The notes under the pieces were generated by a model. That model was not told the DNA's origin. It was given only the letters and a program-made list of their open reading frames with translations, and ran no database searches. DNA of 63,176 bases, the filler included, from Porpidia crustulata (Eukaryota), in assembly GCA_964255105.1 (NCBI GenBank). It is 7 parts of 7 records of this genome, joined end to end, with 100 filler letters (N's around TTAATTAATTAA, not from the genome) between each part and the next. Parts side by side here need not be neighbours in the genome. Positions count along the whole stretch, not along the records: positions 27,166 to 36,110 come from CAXUWE010001024.1; positions 36,211 to 45,136 come from CAXUWE010001025.1; positions 45,237 to 54,160 come from CAXUWE010001026.1; 4 more parts are not named here. The stretch is one strand, 5' to 3'. The position numbers were made by a program, and so were the translations under genes. Below are positions 35,482 to 47,422 of the stretch, piece by piece. How positions within the stretch are numbered: position 1 is the first letter of the stretch; each line of letters begins with the position of its first letter.

Positions 35482-36110
35482 GAGCATAGATTTAGGTTTC
35501 TGAGCCGAAATCAATCGCAGGACGTTGTTCTCAATAAATTTTGGTCGAGTAATATCCCGAAGCCGATGCATTGTACATAACACTATCAAGCTTTAAACTA
35601 TTGTGGATGATATGGCAAGAAACGTAAAGCCGTAGAGCGAAACTATCTCAGTACTTAATCTAATTCCGCACGGCTGCAAACATCTTGTGATATCAATAAT
35701 ATCATGAGGGCCTCGAGATCTCCACAATTTCCATATCCACATCAGTATTCTAAGAATGCGGAAGTTGACTGTCGGTATCCAGTGAAAACAGATCGGTATC
35801 TCGCTGAAGAAGTTGATTCCGCTTTCAAACGGCGGATAGAGGGGCTGCAATCAAATGTGTCACAAGATCAAACAGTTTAGACATTTGTTATTAATTCTTA
35901 AAGGCCACAACGTTAGTCATCATCTCTTGTACGGATATCATCTGCTACGAGTACCGAAGAAGTCATATCATCACGAGGGCTCTTGTTGCCTCGAAAGCAG
36001 CCCATATGACAATCATGACTTGAATCTTTACTACGGTTGACTTTGAGAAAACAGTTACTCGTATCCACCCCTCGTTCGATTACACCCCTAGTTCGAACAC
36101 TACACTTAGG

Positions 36111-36210
36111 NNNNNNNNNNNNNNNNNNNNNNNNNNNNNNNNNNNNNNNNNNNNTTAATTAATTAANNNNNNNNNNNNNNNNNNNNNNNNNNNNNNNNNN
36201 NNNNNNNNNN
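36111..36210. other. Artificial contig linker
   Basis: N44-TTAATTAATTAA-N44. Confidence 0.99.
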
Positions 36211-37476
36211 TATTTATCCCATCACTTTCATCACATCATTCAAACCCATGTTCCCATCCGATTTACCCCCTTCTTTCCACCCCCCCCACAAAACCCCTCA
36301 ACCTTCCCATCCATCCCTTTCTCTCACAATGTAACTTTTTCTGCATCTACAAACCCAGCCCATAATAGACAGGAAATATTTTGGTAGTAAAGGGGGCCTT
36401 GGCGAGAGAATCACGTTATGTGGGTTTTTTTACCTGTGTGTGGATAGTTATTTAGGTAGGTACTTCATGCTGGCCGAATTGGTCAGGCCTCGCTACGCGC
36501 TGGTATTTTGATCTTGATCTTGATCTTGACGTCTGTGAAAACGGAGTCGTGGAGTTGTCCCATCGAGGATATGATGATGAAAAGCCTACACGTACCCTAG
36601 AGGAAGATAGATAGTTGGAAAACGTGCGTGCTTCAAGCATCTGTGATGCTACTGCGTAGATGAATTATCCAAATGCCGAGAAGCGAAGACGTAGGTTCAA
36701 GCAAAGCGGGGGCAGTTGCCGTGTAATTTCTACCGGTTTTCGGTTGTTGCTTCTAGTTTGTTTTTGATAGAGCTCCAAACACCAAGGCACTTGCCTACCC
36801 TGGAATCTGAACCCCGGTAAAGGAAGGAACGGAGCGGAGCGAGACGGAGTTTCCAAAGATCAATCATCGGATTTCATGTTTGTGGAGGGATTTTTACCAT
36901 GGTTCTCCTTTCCGCTGACCGTATTCCAGTGTTGAAGGAAACTTCGACGATGTATCGCCCAGAGAACAGAAGAATTTCTCCCATGGAAACGTTCAGGCAG
37001 GAAGCGCTTTTTTGCTTCATTGGAACCGCACAACCGATTCCTTCAGGTCCAGCGATCCGCCTTCCAAGACCCATCTATACAACCAAGGAACTTCATCCCG
37101 GAGATGGAGCAAGTTTCACGAAATTTTTCACCCATAGTTCTCATATCCTCTACCCATCTCCTCCGTCCCTCATGCCACCTAAGCTCTTACCTATTACAAG
37201 AACATCCCGAGTATCCGAGACCAGTGACTTTGAATTCCATCTCAATCATTAAACTCTGCAACTCTTCTTCTCCTGACCGTACACGCACGACCATCTACTA
37301 TCACCACCACACACGCGCCTGCACCGCCCGTCCCCTCGACATTACACCCCGATCAGCGCTCAAGCTATCGAATCATCCACATCTCCACGACCTCGCAGTC
37401 AGAAAAGCCGTCTTCCTTTTTCACCTCTTCTCCAAAAATCAAGACTACTACTCCTGCACCTAGTCAGCCTCGCAGA

Positions 37477-37777
37477 ATGTGCCAGCAAAACCTCAACGAG
37501 TGCCCGACGTGCTGGCATCAGGATGTTTTGGATATGGTACCTTGCTCCTTTGCTCCTCTTCTTCTCCTGCATTCTTATTGCTCCCCACGCACCCAACTAA
37601 TCACCCGTCCCCCAGATCCACTGCCCTACAGCCCTCAAACCTCCCCAGGACCAGCCGAGCGCCAAAGGACGAAAGATCGTCTGCGGTAATATCGAGGTCG
37701 AGGTGAAGGGCAGGATCGATTGCGGGCGGTGCAGGGCAGCGAAGGTGGCCAGAGCGTTGGGCGGATGGGTTGGATGA
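37477..37777 (+). CDS. Small Cys-rich putative zinc-binding protein, 73 aa, 2 exons (37477-37536, 37616-37777)
   Basis: Intron GTACCT...ACTAAT...CCCAG joins MCQQNLNECPTCWHQDVLDM and IHCPTALKPPQDQPSAKGRKIVCGNIEVEVKGRIDCGRCRAAKVARALGGWVG* in frame. Confidence 0.65.
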
Positions 37778-40700
37778 AGGAGGTTGGAGGTTGGTAAGAA
37801 GGTTGGATTTGGCGTGGGGTCTGGTAAGACCGTTGTTGGGTAGATATCCAGATTATTGTCTTGGTAAGATACCTCAGCCGAGCAGGACAAGGTGAAAACA
37901 GTCGTGGATATACCTAGTAGACCTTGAAAATGTACGAGTATTTCTGGTTTTTGTCCTATGTATAGAGTCATGATTCCATAGACTGTAACAATCAAGGGAG
38001 TGGCGAGCGTTAGTTTTCACAGCGTCTAGAGTATTATCAATGATGGAAGAAAACTTGAGCTTGGATAGTAGAGGGCGATGATGCAAGCGCCTATGACAGC
38101 ATACAATCCAGAAATAACAAAGAGCACAACAGAAGATATCGTTTCACGCGGAAAAACAAATTGTCATTGAGATCATGTATATACAGATCAGTAGTACTTG
38201 GCAGATTTTAAGCGTCGAAGACAAAGCTGGTTGGGAAGCGTGGCGTCCTCAAGTATTTGTGGCATTGTCGGATAGTATCTAAATAAAGAGGTGCGATCAA
38301 TGTGCGCTGAGGTTGATATGATATTCTCAAGTTGATGATTTAGTTGGAGACGTGTGCAGTGATATGATTGAGCGTAGGTCGCGCGGTGTCTCAACGGTGA
38401 TGCTGATGGGGGTGATATTTCACCCGCACCGTTGCTCAATGGCCAGTTGTTAAGCTACACACTCGGCTTCTTTCAAATACGGATAGGTGGTTTAATACAG
38501 GAGCAAGGATTCTACAATTGTCAGCGCTGGTGCCATGGCCCCACTTCCTGTTTGAAAGGGTTCGTCTCGCTACATTGATTAATAGAAAATGGGTGTGTCT
38601 ATGGGGCTTCAGCACCCAAAAGAGACCGACGAAGGGCAAACATAGTCTCTGTCAAGGTCAACATAATTGCTGAGCGATAGACTAAAACGGCAGCTTGGAG
38701 ATGCTCGGATATGAGGAATCCAATGGCAGATCTTGAAGTTGGACGCAACAAACATACTCGGAAAAGCGAAAGAGGTAAGATTGAAATGACAGTTTTCAGG
38801 TCACAAGATGATGGCATCCCAAACAAGCATGCAAATGGCCCGATCAAGTAAGAGGAGGTTACCCTAAGGGAAATATGGATTCGACAACGTGGAAATAGCC
38901 CCACCGTTTTGGGTGGGCAGAATCTGTCGACGTGCATGAGCTGCGCCTCTGGTGGCAACGTGGAAAGCCGTCATGCACAGCAGCGCTGCAGTACGTACCC
39001 CAGATACCGAACCGGACAATTGTACCGGCATATGTACTGCGCAGGCAGCAGCACCATGCAAGTCGGTCTGGCGACATGTACCTCGACCATTCTGCAGAAA
39101 GCCATCACTCAGCGTGGCGAGACTTGGGAAGATGATATCAAGTGATGATACATAGCATTAGCAGTAACAGCAACAGTAATAGAAGTAGTAGTCTGAAGCG
39201 TTGCAAGCTCGACATGCAAATTCAGAACAGGTGCGATGCTCTTGAGATAATTCGATCGCGATGACCGCTTAAGTTGGATTCATAATAGCGCATCGAAACG
39301 CGCTGCTGCATTGGTCATAAGTGATGCTTCCCGTCCGTACATTATTATTGTTCTCCGTGATATCATATCGTAATAGTTGGCCTCGGCTAGAAGACTAACC
39401 GGGAACGACATTCTTAGCGCATTTACTCTGTGGTTGTGTAACCAAAGTGTCAATAATGATTTCAATGCAACTTTGAATTTTGTTATCGTGAGGAAGTCGA
39501 TCACGTAGCTGATCAACGTTGTGCATTTGGAGATGGATACGGGAGATAATACTACCGTCATGAAATAGACTGATCAACAACAGGATACCTGGACCGGCCT
39601 CGTTGTTTTGCCGGCAGGACGCCGTGCGCAGGGTAAGGTGGGTATCTATTGGTTGTGCTATGATGGTGAGAAGGTGCATGCATAGTTGCATTCTCTCATG
39701 CGCTCGCTCTGAGTTTGTGCTTGCAATGGCCAAGCCTGGTATTTGCATTTTTGAGTCCAGGTGTTCACAGCGGAGAGAAAAGCTCAAAGCTTAAATGTGA
39801 TTATAAGTGCAATTAGTTTTACCACAGCCTTCGAGATGATGTGTACCGTCATCATCGTTCTCCAGCACTCACCTTTTCACCATCACAACATATCAACTCT
39901 AGTATCTTTGAAGAGCTCTTCTTCAGTAAATTTATTGCTATGACATCGCCGACGGCCAAGGCCCTTACTGCACGTGTAATATACAAGTCTAAAGAAGTAC
40001 CAGCCGGTGGGCCGTGAATGGGAAGGGCAGCGGAACAACTGTGATTCGCAACTCCGTGAGAAATGAGGCTATTGTATTTTACTAATTGATAGGCCGAATA
40101 CTAGCGTGAAAAAGTGGTGATTTGCTGACCCTTTTTGGTAGGCATATGCGGATCCATTTCTAAATATGGCCTGGCAGATCTTTCTAGACTAAGCCCCTTT
40201 TCCGCGCTAATGCAGGTCCAGGGGGAGGCAAAACGTAACTTCAAGCAAATTCCACGCCGCGTGTTGCCCTGCGCTCCGTATTTCCAATGAGGTGTCCCGA
40301 ATGCAAAATGGGTAAAAGAGCCGAAGGTGGAAGGGAGCACTGCACTTGATTCAATCGACCAGATTGCCACGAGATACTGAGTACGGAATGATGAAGACGC
40401 ACAATTGGAGGGCTGGCGGTTGTAGAATTCTTCGCACGCAAACCAGGCGGTCATTAGGGTTCCTCATTCCGGCAAGCGCAAGATCGAGGGATAGTCCTAA
40501 AAGAAAGTGAATAGGCCGGTGGTCCGGACTTGTAAGCCTAGAGACGGGCACTACTGGCGTGCCGGTGAATCAAACTAGCAAATTCTAACGTCAATCCTAA
40601 TAATGTCGCAATACGAAAAGGAGATTTCCATCCACCGATTCACCACAACTTGAATCCATCAGGACAGGCCACAATCTTGGCTGTGTTTACTTCCGGCAGT

Positions 40701-42104
40701 CACGGACCATTACTACTGCCGCTGGTGTTTAGTCCCTGAATGTTTCTGGAATTCAGTGCAGGGCTCCAATAGGCCGTAGTTCATTGTAGGCTCAGGAAGT
40801 CAACACTTACCTTGTGCTTACTTCTTACTTCTTGCTTCTTAAGAATTTAAGGTAACCACGCGTGTCATGCCCAAACGCACGCTACTGTCAAGCTTTTTTG
40901 CCTGGCCTAAAAAATACCTAGGAGATCAAGCGGATCGCTGAGGATCAGCTACGCCAGGGTATGACGGACTTACCGCGTCTGTAGTCTCCACATTCACACA
41001 AAAGCGTAGGGACTTGTCCTGATACTCTCAAGTCTTGAGACGGCTCGGGCTAGACCACCGAGCCAACGGTATCTGCCATCTGGCCTCGATTGGTTCTACA
41101 CGTGGCGAAGCAATTCAGCTGCATTACTGTAAAAACAGACACACCTTCAGCTAGCCACCTTATCGAGCCTTGAACAGAATGCCTGCGTGAACCTCGAAGT
41201 TGCTCGTAGAGTACTATAGAGGAAATGCCGACTATCCTCATGCGTCTACTTATCTTCAAAGAGCATTTCGTGGCTTCTTACAAGATACCGACTGGAATTT
41301 GCTTACATTACCACTCGAGTGTGGTCGGAATTCCATCATGACGCATTTGCACAGAATTCCTTACCGTGGATGGTTCCTCGATAAGCTCTTTGTTTTTCCA
41401 TTCGTATCCACACAATAACTCAAACCCATGGTCGATCATAGCCTACCCACGGTCTCCATATATGATACGCTGGGTGTGTCGAATGGATACTAGTGCTAGT
41501 TCCGAATGGTCCAATCCTGGCCTAAAGCGATCGATACGCCAAGGAACAATTTCTACCCTCGGTTAGCTCCATCATGGCGGCCCGCTCTGGGCAAGTCGAA
41601 AAGCCCACATTTGACTCTAAGCGCGTCTACTTTAGGAAGGGGAAATATGAGGCTACGACCTTAACCTTTCTGCTGGGATTTCGCTAGTATTTCCATCTCT
41701 TTCCGCACAGACTAGACGATTACCGCAGGACGTTCCATCTATCGTACAATGCTGTCCCACAGTTCCAATTGCTTCCTCAATACTCTTCCATTCTTCACAT
41801 CCGCTCTTTATTTCTCGTACGAGGTGCAACTTACTCGTCTTGTCCTTCGCCTTTCAACCCTAGTTTCCTCCGTTTCTTCCTTACTCATCATCCAGTCTTT
41901 CGTTGCACGGGCTGTTGGCCTTCTACACTTTCGTTCATCTCTCTTACATCGACTTGTCTCTCGACTACTTCTACTACCCCCGCCGGAGGAGCTCTCGCAT
42001 AATTTCTTCGGTGTATGGTTGCATTCGTTGCTCAGTAAGTCTCGAGTCGAGCAGATCGCACACGACACAAAAGCACTCGGTCTCAACTCCACTACTCAAT
42101 CATC

Positions 42105-44926
42105 ATGGACATGGTCATGTCTTATGTACGGCCCGGTGGCCAGAAGAAGAAGAAGGGCCAGGAAAAAAATAACAAGACTGTCGATGCTGCCCCTGCTATG
42201 GAAATGACTCCGTCTGGTAAATCGTCGTCGACATTCTCGCATCTGAAAGGCCAGGACAATTCCCGCCCTAGTACTCGCCCTGGCACTAGATCCGTCTCTC
42301 GGCCCGCGTCACTGTTTCCCGATGGCGATTTCAGAAACTCCGACTTCGCTGGAGTCAATGCTATAAAATGCGCCATTGCGTCGGAATGGCTACATCAACA
42401 ACAGCACAAGTTGCAAATCTATCATGGAACTCCCGAGGAAGGTGTAGTCCTCAAAAGGGCTCCGGGTGACTTCATCGCGTGTCCCGAATTCCTGGCAGGT
42501 CGGCAGTATGGCCTCTATGAGGCTGCATCCGCTCTCAATTCCAAGGTCAGCCGATAATGGTTTCATGTCTCTTGGGCGTCCAGAGTGCTGATCAAATTGT
42601 AGGTGGTAATGACGGTAAAGACCTCCGTCATCACCCTGATCTTACATGGTGAGCACGTTGTATCAGTACCTCTACGAGGTGGCCTACATGTACAGGTTCT
42701 TCCCGACATCATGCATTTGCGGACCTGTCAAAGATACCAGAACGCTGCATTTATTAAGGACTCTAGCATGCTCGTAGTCTGGGCCGATAGCCCGCAAGAA
42801 ATAATCACTCGCTCAAGGGAAATTCAGTCACAGATGATGGAGAGTTATTCTCATGGCATGTCTCCATATGATGAAAAATCGCCTGCCAAGGAAAGCCAAG
42901 CCGTACTGGTTGGCGAAATTCCCGAGGAAGACTACGACGAGGAGAAGGGAGTTCGAAATGAAGCCCCCCGCAAGATCGTGCTGAACCAAGCCGTGCTTAC
43001 TGCGTTCACTTTGACCTTGATCGTAGCTGCATTAGGAAGTGGTTGGCGGCAGATGGCGGTCGAGGTGGCAGTTGACAACACTTATCTCCGTCTGGCAATT
43101 CTGGTGGTGGTTCCCCTTCAGATCTGGCTGGCTCTGGTAAGCAATGCAAGAGGGGTACTCAATGAATCTTTGCTAACTACCTCTTGAAGTTTTTCATGCA
43201 ATCCGTGGCTGGATGTATTGCACAACTATTCGGTCCAACGAGTCAGATGATTAAAAATTCGAAATATTTCTCCGGTGTTGCTCCTCCTAGAATATCGCGT
43301 AGCGATCTACCCCATGTCACAATCCAATGTCCCGTTTATAAGGAAGGTCTCTACTCTGTCATCGATCCAACGATGAGATCGCTCCGAGCAGCCATTTCGA
43401 CTTATGAAATGCAAGGTGGAACCGCGAATATCTTTGTCAACGATGATGGCATGCAATTAATCTCTGAGGAGGATGCTCAGGCACGCAGGGATTACTATGA
43501 TGAGCACAAAATCGGCTGGGTTGCTCGCCCAAGGCACAACCCAAAGCCCGCCGAAGGCGAGGAGAAGTTTATTCGTGCTGGAAAATTCAAGAAGGCTTCG
43601 AACATGAATTACGCCATGTCCGTCAGCAGCCGCGTCGAGGACAAGCTCAGGCAGGTTGTCCGGTCAAACGGGTGGACACAGACAGCCGAATCGGAAGCCT
43701 ACCAACGATGCCTGAGAGCGGTCATGGAAGAGGATCAAGGTCGAACATGGGCAGACGGCAACGTTCGCATTGGTGATTACATTCTCCTCATCGATTCCGA
43801 CACCCGTGTTCCCGAGGATTGTTTCCTAGATGCCGTCAGCGAGATGGAGCTATCACCACAGGTTGCCATACTTCAATTTTCTTCAGGTGTCATGAACGTG
43901 ACAACGAGCTTCTTCGAAAACGGCATCACTTTCTTTACGAATCTCATTTATACCGCCATTCGATTTGCTGTTGCCAACGGTGACGTTGCACCTTTCGTCG
44001 GACACAACGCAATATTACGATGGAAAGCACTACAAGATATCTCATATGTCGACGATGAAGGAACCGAAAAGTACTGGTCAGAGACAACCGTGTCTGAGGA
44101 TTTCGACATGGCGCTGCGCCTGCAATGCATGGGCTACCTGGTCCGCCTTGGTGCCTACACCGGAGATGGCTTCAAGGAGGGTGTCTCTCTTACAGTTTAC
44201 GATGAGCTTGCCCGATGGGAAAAGTATGCCTATGGTTGTAACGAGTTGATCTTCCACCCAATGAGGTACTGGTTCGTCCGAGGCCCCTTTACCCCACTCT
44301 TCCGAAAATTCATTGGCTCCAATATGCCTCTGCCGTCCAAAATCACCATCATGGCCTACGTCGGCACATACTACGCCATCGGCTCCGCCTGGCTCTTGAC
44401 CGTAGCCAACTACCTCCTCGTCGGATGGTTCAACGGCCACCTGGACCACTACTACGTCGACTCTTTTAAGATCTACTTCGCCATCGTCATCGTCTTCAAC
44501 TGCCTCGGCAACGTCGCCCTCGCCGTCCTGCGCTACCGCCTCGACGAAGCCGACATCCTGAAGGCGCTCTGGACTAACTTCAAGTGGATCTTCATGCTCA
44601 CTATCTTCCTCGGCGGCATCTCCCTGCACGTCAGCCAGGCGCTGCTGTGCCACATGTTCTCTATCGACATGAGCTGGGGCGCCACGGCCAAGGAAATCAC
44701 GGAGACACACTTTTTCGAGGAGATCTGGAAGGTGCTGCGCAATTTCAAGTATATGTTCCTTTGGTGCCTGGTCTGCTCCGCCGGCATGGTCTATCTAGCC
44801 GTCGCCGCCCCCGCCCTCTGGCGCATCAACTTCTTCACCGCCATCTGGCCCCTCGCGACCATCGTCGTCAGCCATTTCCTGCTCCCCATCGCCCTAAACC
44901 CCGGGCTGATGCTCTTCACCTTTTAA
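42105..44926 (+). CDS. Multi-TM processive glycosyltransferase family 2 protein (Glyco_trans_2_3-like), 3 exons
   Basis: HVTIQCPVYKE, VNDDG, FKKASNMN, LIDSDTR, FVGHNA, VSEDF and ELARW (QxxRW equivalent). Two N-terminal and several C-terminal TM helices. Introns at about 42546-42602 and 43137-43190. Confidence 0.9.
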
Positions 44927-45136
44927 AGCGACATCGTGCTTTTCCCACCGGCGTTTTTACCAACCAAAGCATCTTATAGACATTTTACTTTCCTTGATCT
45001 AGCGACATTTTCCCTACAGGCGTCACGTTGAAAGCATCGGTGCCCGATTAAACATACTACGTTAATGAATTAATAAGCGGGAGGGGGGATGGGGTTTTTT
45101 CGTGTAAATAGACATTTATTCCAGGACCGGCACGGA

Positions 45137-45236
45137 NNNNNNNNNNNNNNNNNNNNNNNNNNNNNNNNNNNNNNNNNNNNTTAATTAATTAANNNNNNNN
45201 NNNNNNNNNNNNNNNNNNNNNNNNNNNNNNNNNNNN
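45137..45236. other. Artificial contig linker
   Basis: N44-TTAATTAATTAA-N44. Confidence 0.99.
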
Positions 45237-46810
45237 GTCTGAGCTTTCGTCGTCGTTGGTTTCGTTATCGTTATCGTTGTCGTCGTCGTCGTCGTCGTCG
45301 TTGTCGATGAGGGTGATGCCGTACATTTGCGCTTCCATGGAAGAGGGAGCTTGCTGCGGTTCTTGGACGGGGTCTTCGCGGTCAGCAGGGTTTTCGGGCA
45401 TGCGGAGGGAGTCTTCGAATGTATGGATGTCCATCTCGAATAAAGGAGCTAGATCCTTGTTCCAGTGCGATATCATGGCTTCCAAGATCCGTTGGATTAT
45501 CGCCGAGATCCTGACGTCTTCGATCGGATCCGGGCTGTGCAGGAGCGTTGGGGCGAAGCAGACTGCTAGATTCTGCGGAGTCATGCGGTTGAATTCAGCA
45601 AAGTCCGATATCCTGGATAGGAGGGGCAAGAGATGCATTATTAGGATTGTGCGGGAGATCTTGTTGATTGGCGACCACTCTGTGTCTGGGGAGAGCATGC
45701 CCAGTAGTTGTTCCGTTTCTAGGGACACCCCTGGATCGCCATAGAATCTCTCCAACCCCGTATAGCACGACTGGGGGAAGATGGGATCTCTGAGCTCTTT
45801 GTACCATTGCTTAATCAACCCAGCCGCGGCATGAAGTTCCCAACCTTCGCATTGATCCAACTCATCAACCCAGATATCGCCGAAACCTTCTCTACGATGG
45901 CTGTGTGTCAAGAACACACTGCCCTCCTTCCAGACTATGAGTTTCTGGCCGCGGTCATAGGCTTCTTTGAGGACATCGACCGTCATTGCTCGAGGGCTCA
46001 TGCGGAAGATGCCTTCGATCTTGATAAGCGGATCCATCAGGACAAAGCTCGTGGCCTCTCGTAAGACCCTCGGCAGTCTGACGGCCCCCGAAAAGGAAAG
46101 TGGTAATGGCTGCTTGACGCCAAAGGCTCTCTGTCCACGTGCGTATGGAACGTCGATACGGGGTAATAATCGCCGATCAGCCATGTAGGCGGATGGCGGA
46201 ATGAGGAGATCTTCAATCGGGATATGCAATGCTAATCCCGTCAGGGTAGAGACTATCCACCATCAGCTTTTAGCTCCCTGGCTTCTTCAAACCCATCGAA
46301 AGTCAACCCACCATGCACAACCTTCTTCCTAAATTTTGGGCTGACAGCGGTTGAAAACATTTCAAACAGCACCCTGACCCAATTTTTCTCATGTACAACA
46401 TAGAGCTTCTGCAGCCTTTTCCTCGTGGCTCTCGTCAGCAGATGGTAAGCCTGCAGTATCCATCCCCAGCCTGGCCGGCCCTTCTTTTTCGCTGTAGCCC
46501 CATTACTTCCACCGCCTGCGAAAAAGACGACTTCGTATCCACGGCCGCCTATCAATTCATCTTCGTCCGGGAGGCGGGAGAGCACATAGGGTAGTAAAGC
46601 ATCAAAATCGACTTCCTTCGTATCCGGAAAGGCGGCAGCGTTGAGGATGAAAATGGGTAGATCATTCTGAGATGGTATAGGTGAGCGGTATAGTATCTGC
46701 GTCGCAGTTTTGGCAAGGTCTGTGGAGTATTCCGGGGAATCAAGGGGCGGTGGAATAGCTGTCAGAGCGAAGGAGGTTCTTCGTAACCCACGAGGTATTT
46801 TGGAACGCAT
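45237..46810 (-). CDS. ECM25: CRAL-TRIO_2/BCH plus RhoGAP domain protein (Ecm25-like), 3' truncated
   Basis: LPIFILNAAAFP...YEVVFF...RKRLQKLYVVH...VSPKFRKKVVH|VSTL (BCH domain). EGIFRMSP (Arg finger), AGLIKQWYKELRDP and NRMTPQNLAVCFAPTL (RhoGAP). Poly-Asp tract at 45247-45310. Confidence 0.88.
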
Positions 46811-47422
46811 TGGGATGTGTATGTATATTTAATGGGAGGCTGAAGAAATTGAGCATTCAAGCTTCGGGCAAGCGACGAAGCTGCTTTTCGAGCAATTGTA
46901 TCGCAGGTATGAACGTTCATTGTGACTTCGCTGACTGAAACTTATACTTGTCCAACATGGATGCCTGAGTGAATACGCAAACCTGCTTGCCATTCGGCTA
47001 TAAATAGATGATCTACCCTAAGGGCCCTTCTTATCTTATCTAATCAAGACCGTTTGATGAAGAAGGCTCACTCGTGACACCCGGCTTCTTCAAATTATAT
47101 CTAGATATGTCAATTCATCTCGAAGATTAAGATCTCAGATTGGGAGTTTAAGATATATCGACTCTATTTATACGATGCGTACAAAGCTTCTTGGAGTATA
47201 CCAATAACAAGCAATTCTAACAATTTGTATAGAACCAATTAGCTATGATCCCACGAATGATTATGTTTTTTAATCTATCGTATTGCTATACCTACCACCC
47301 TTTCAAAGCCGTTCATACCTAAAACATTGTCCTAATCCCAATTGCTCTACCGTTCGATTTCCATGTCAAGGCCGTTGAAACCGTGCATCAGCTAAGTCAT
47401 ACCGAAAGTAAGAATATAGAAC

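Noticed and set aside
38859..39155. Overlapping Cys-containing short ORFs in several frames
   Set aside because: No coherent gene model, splice signals or domain motif.
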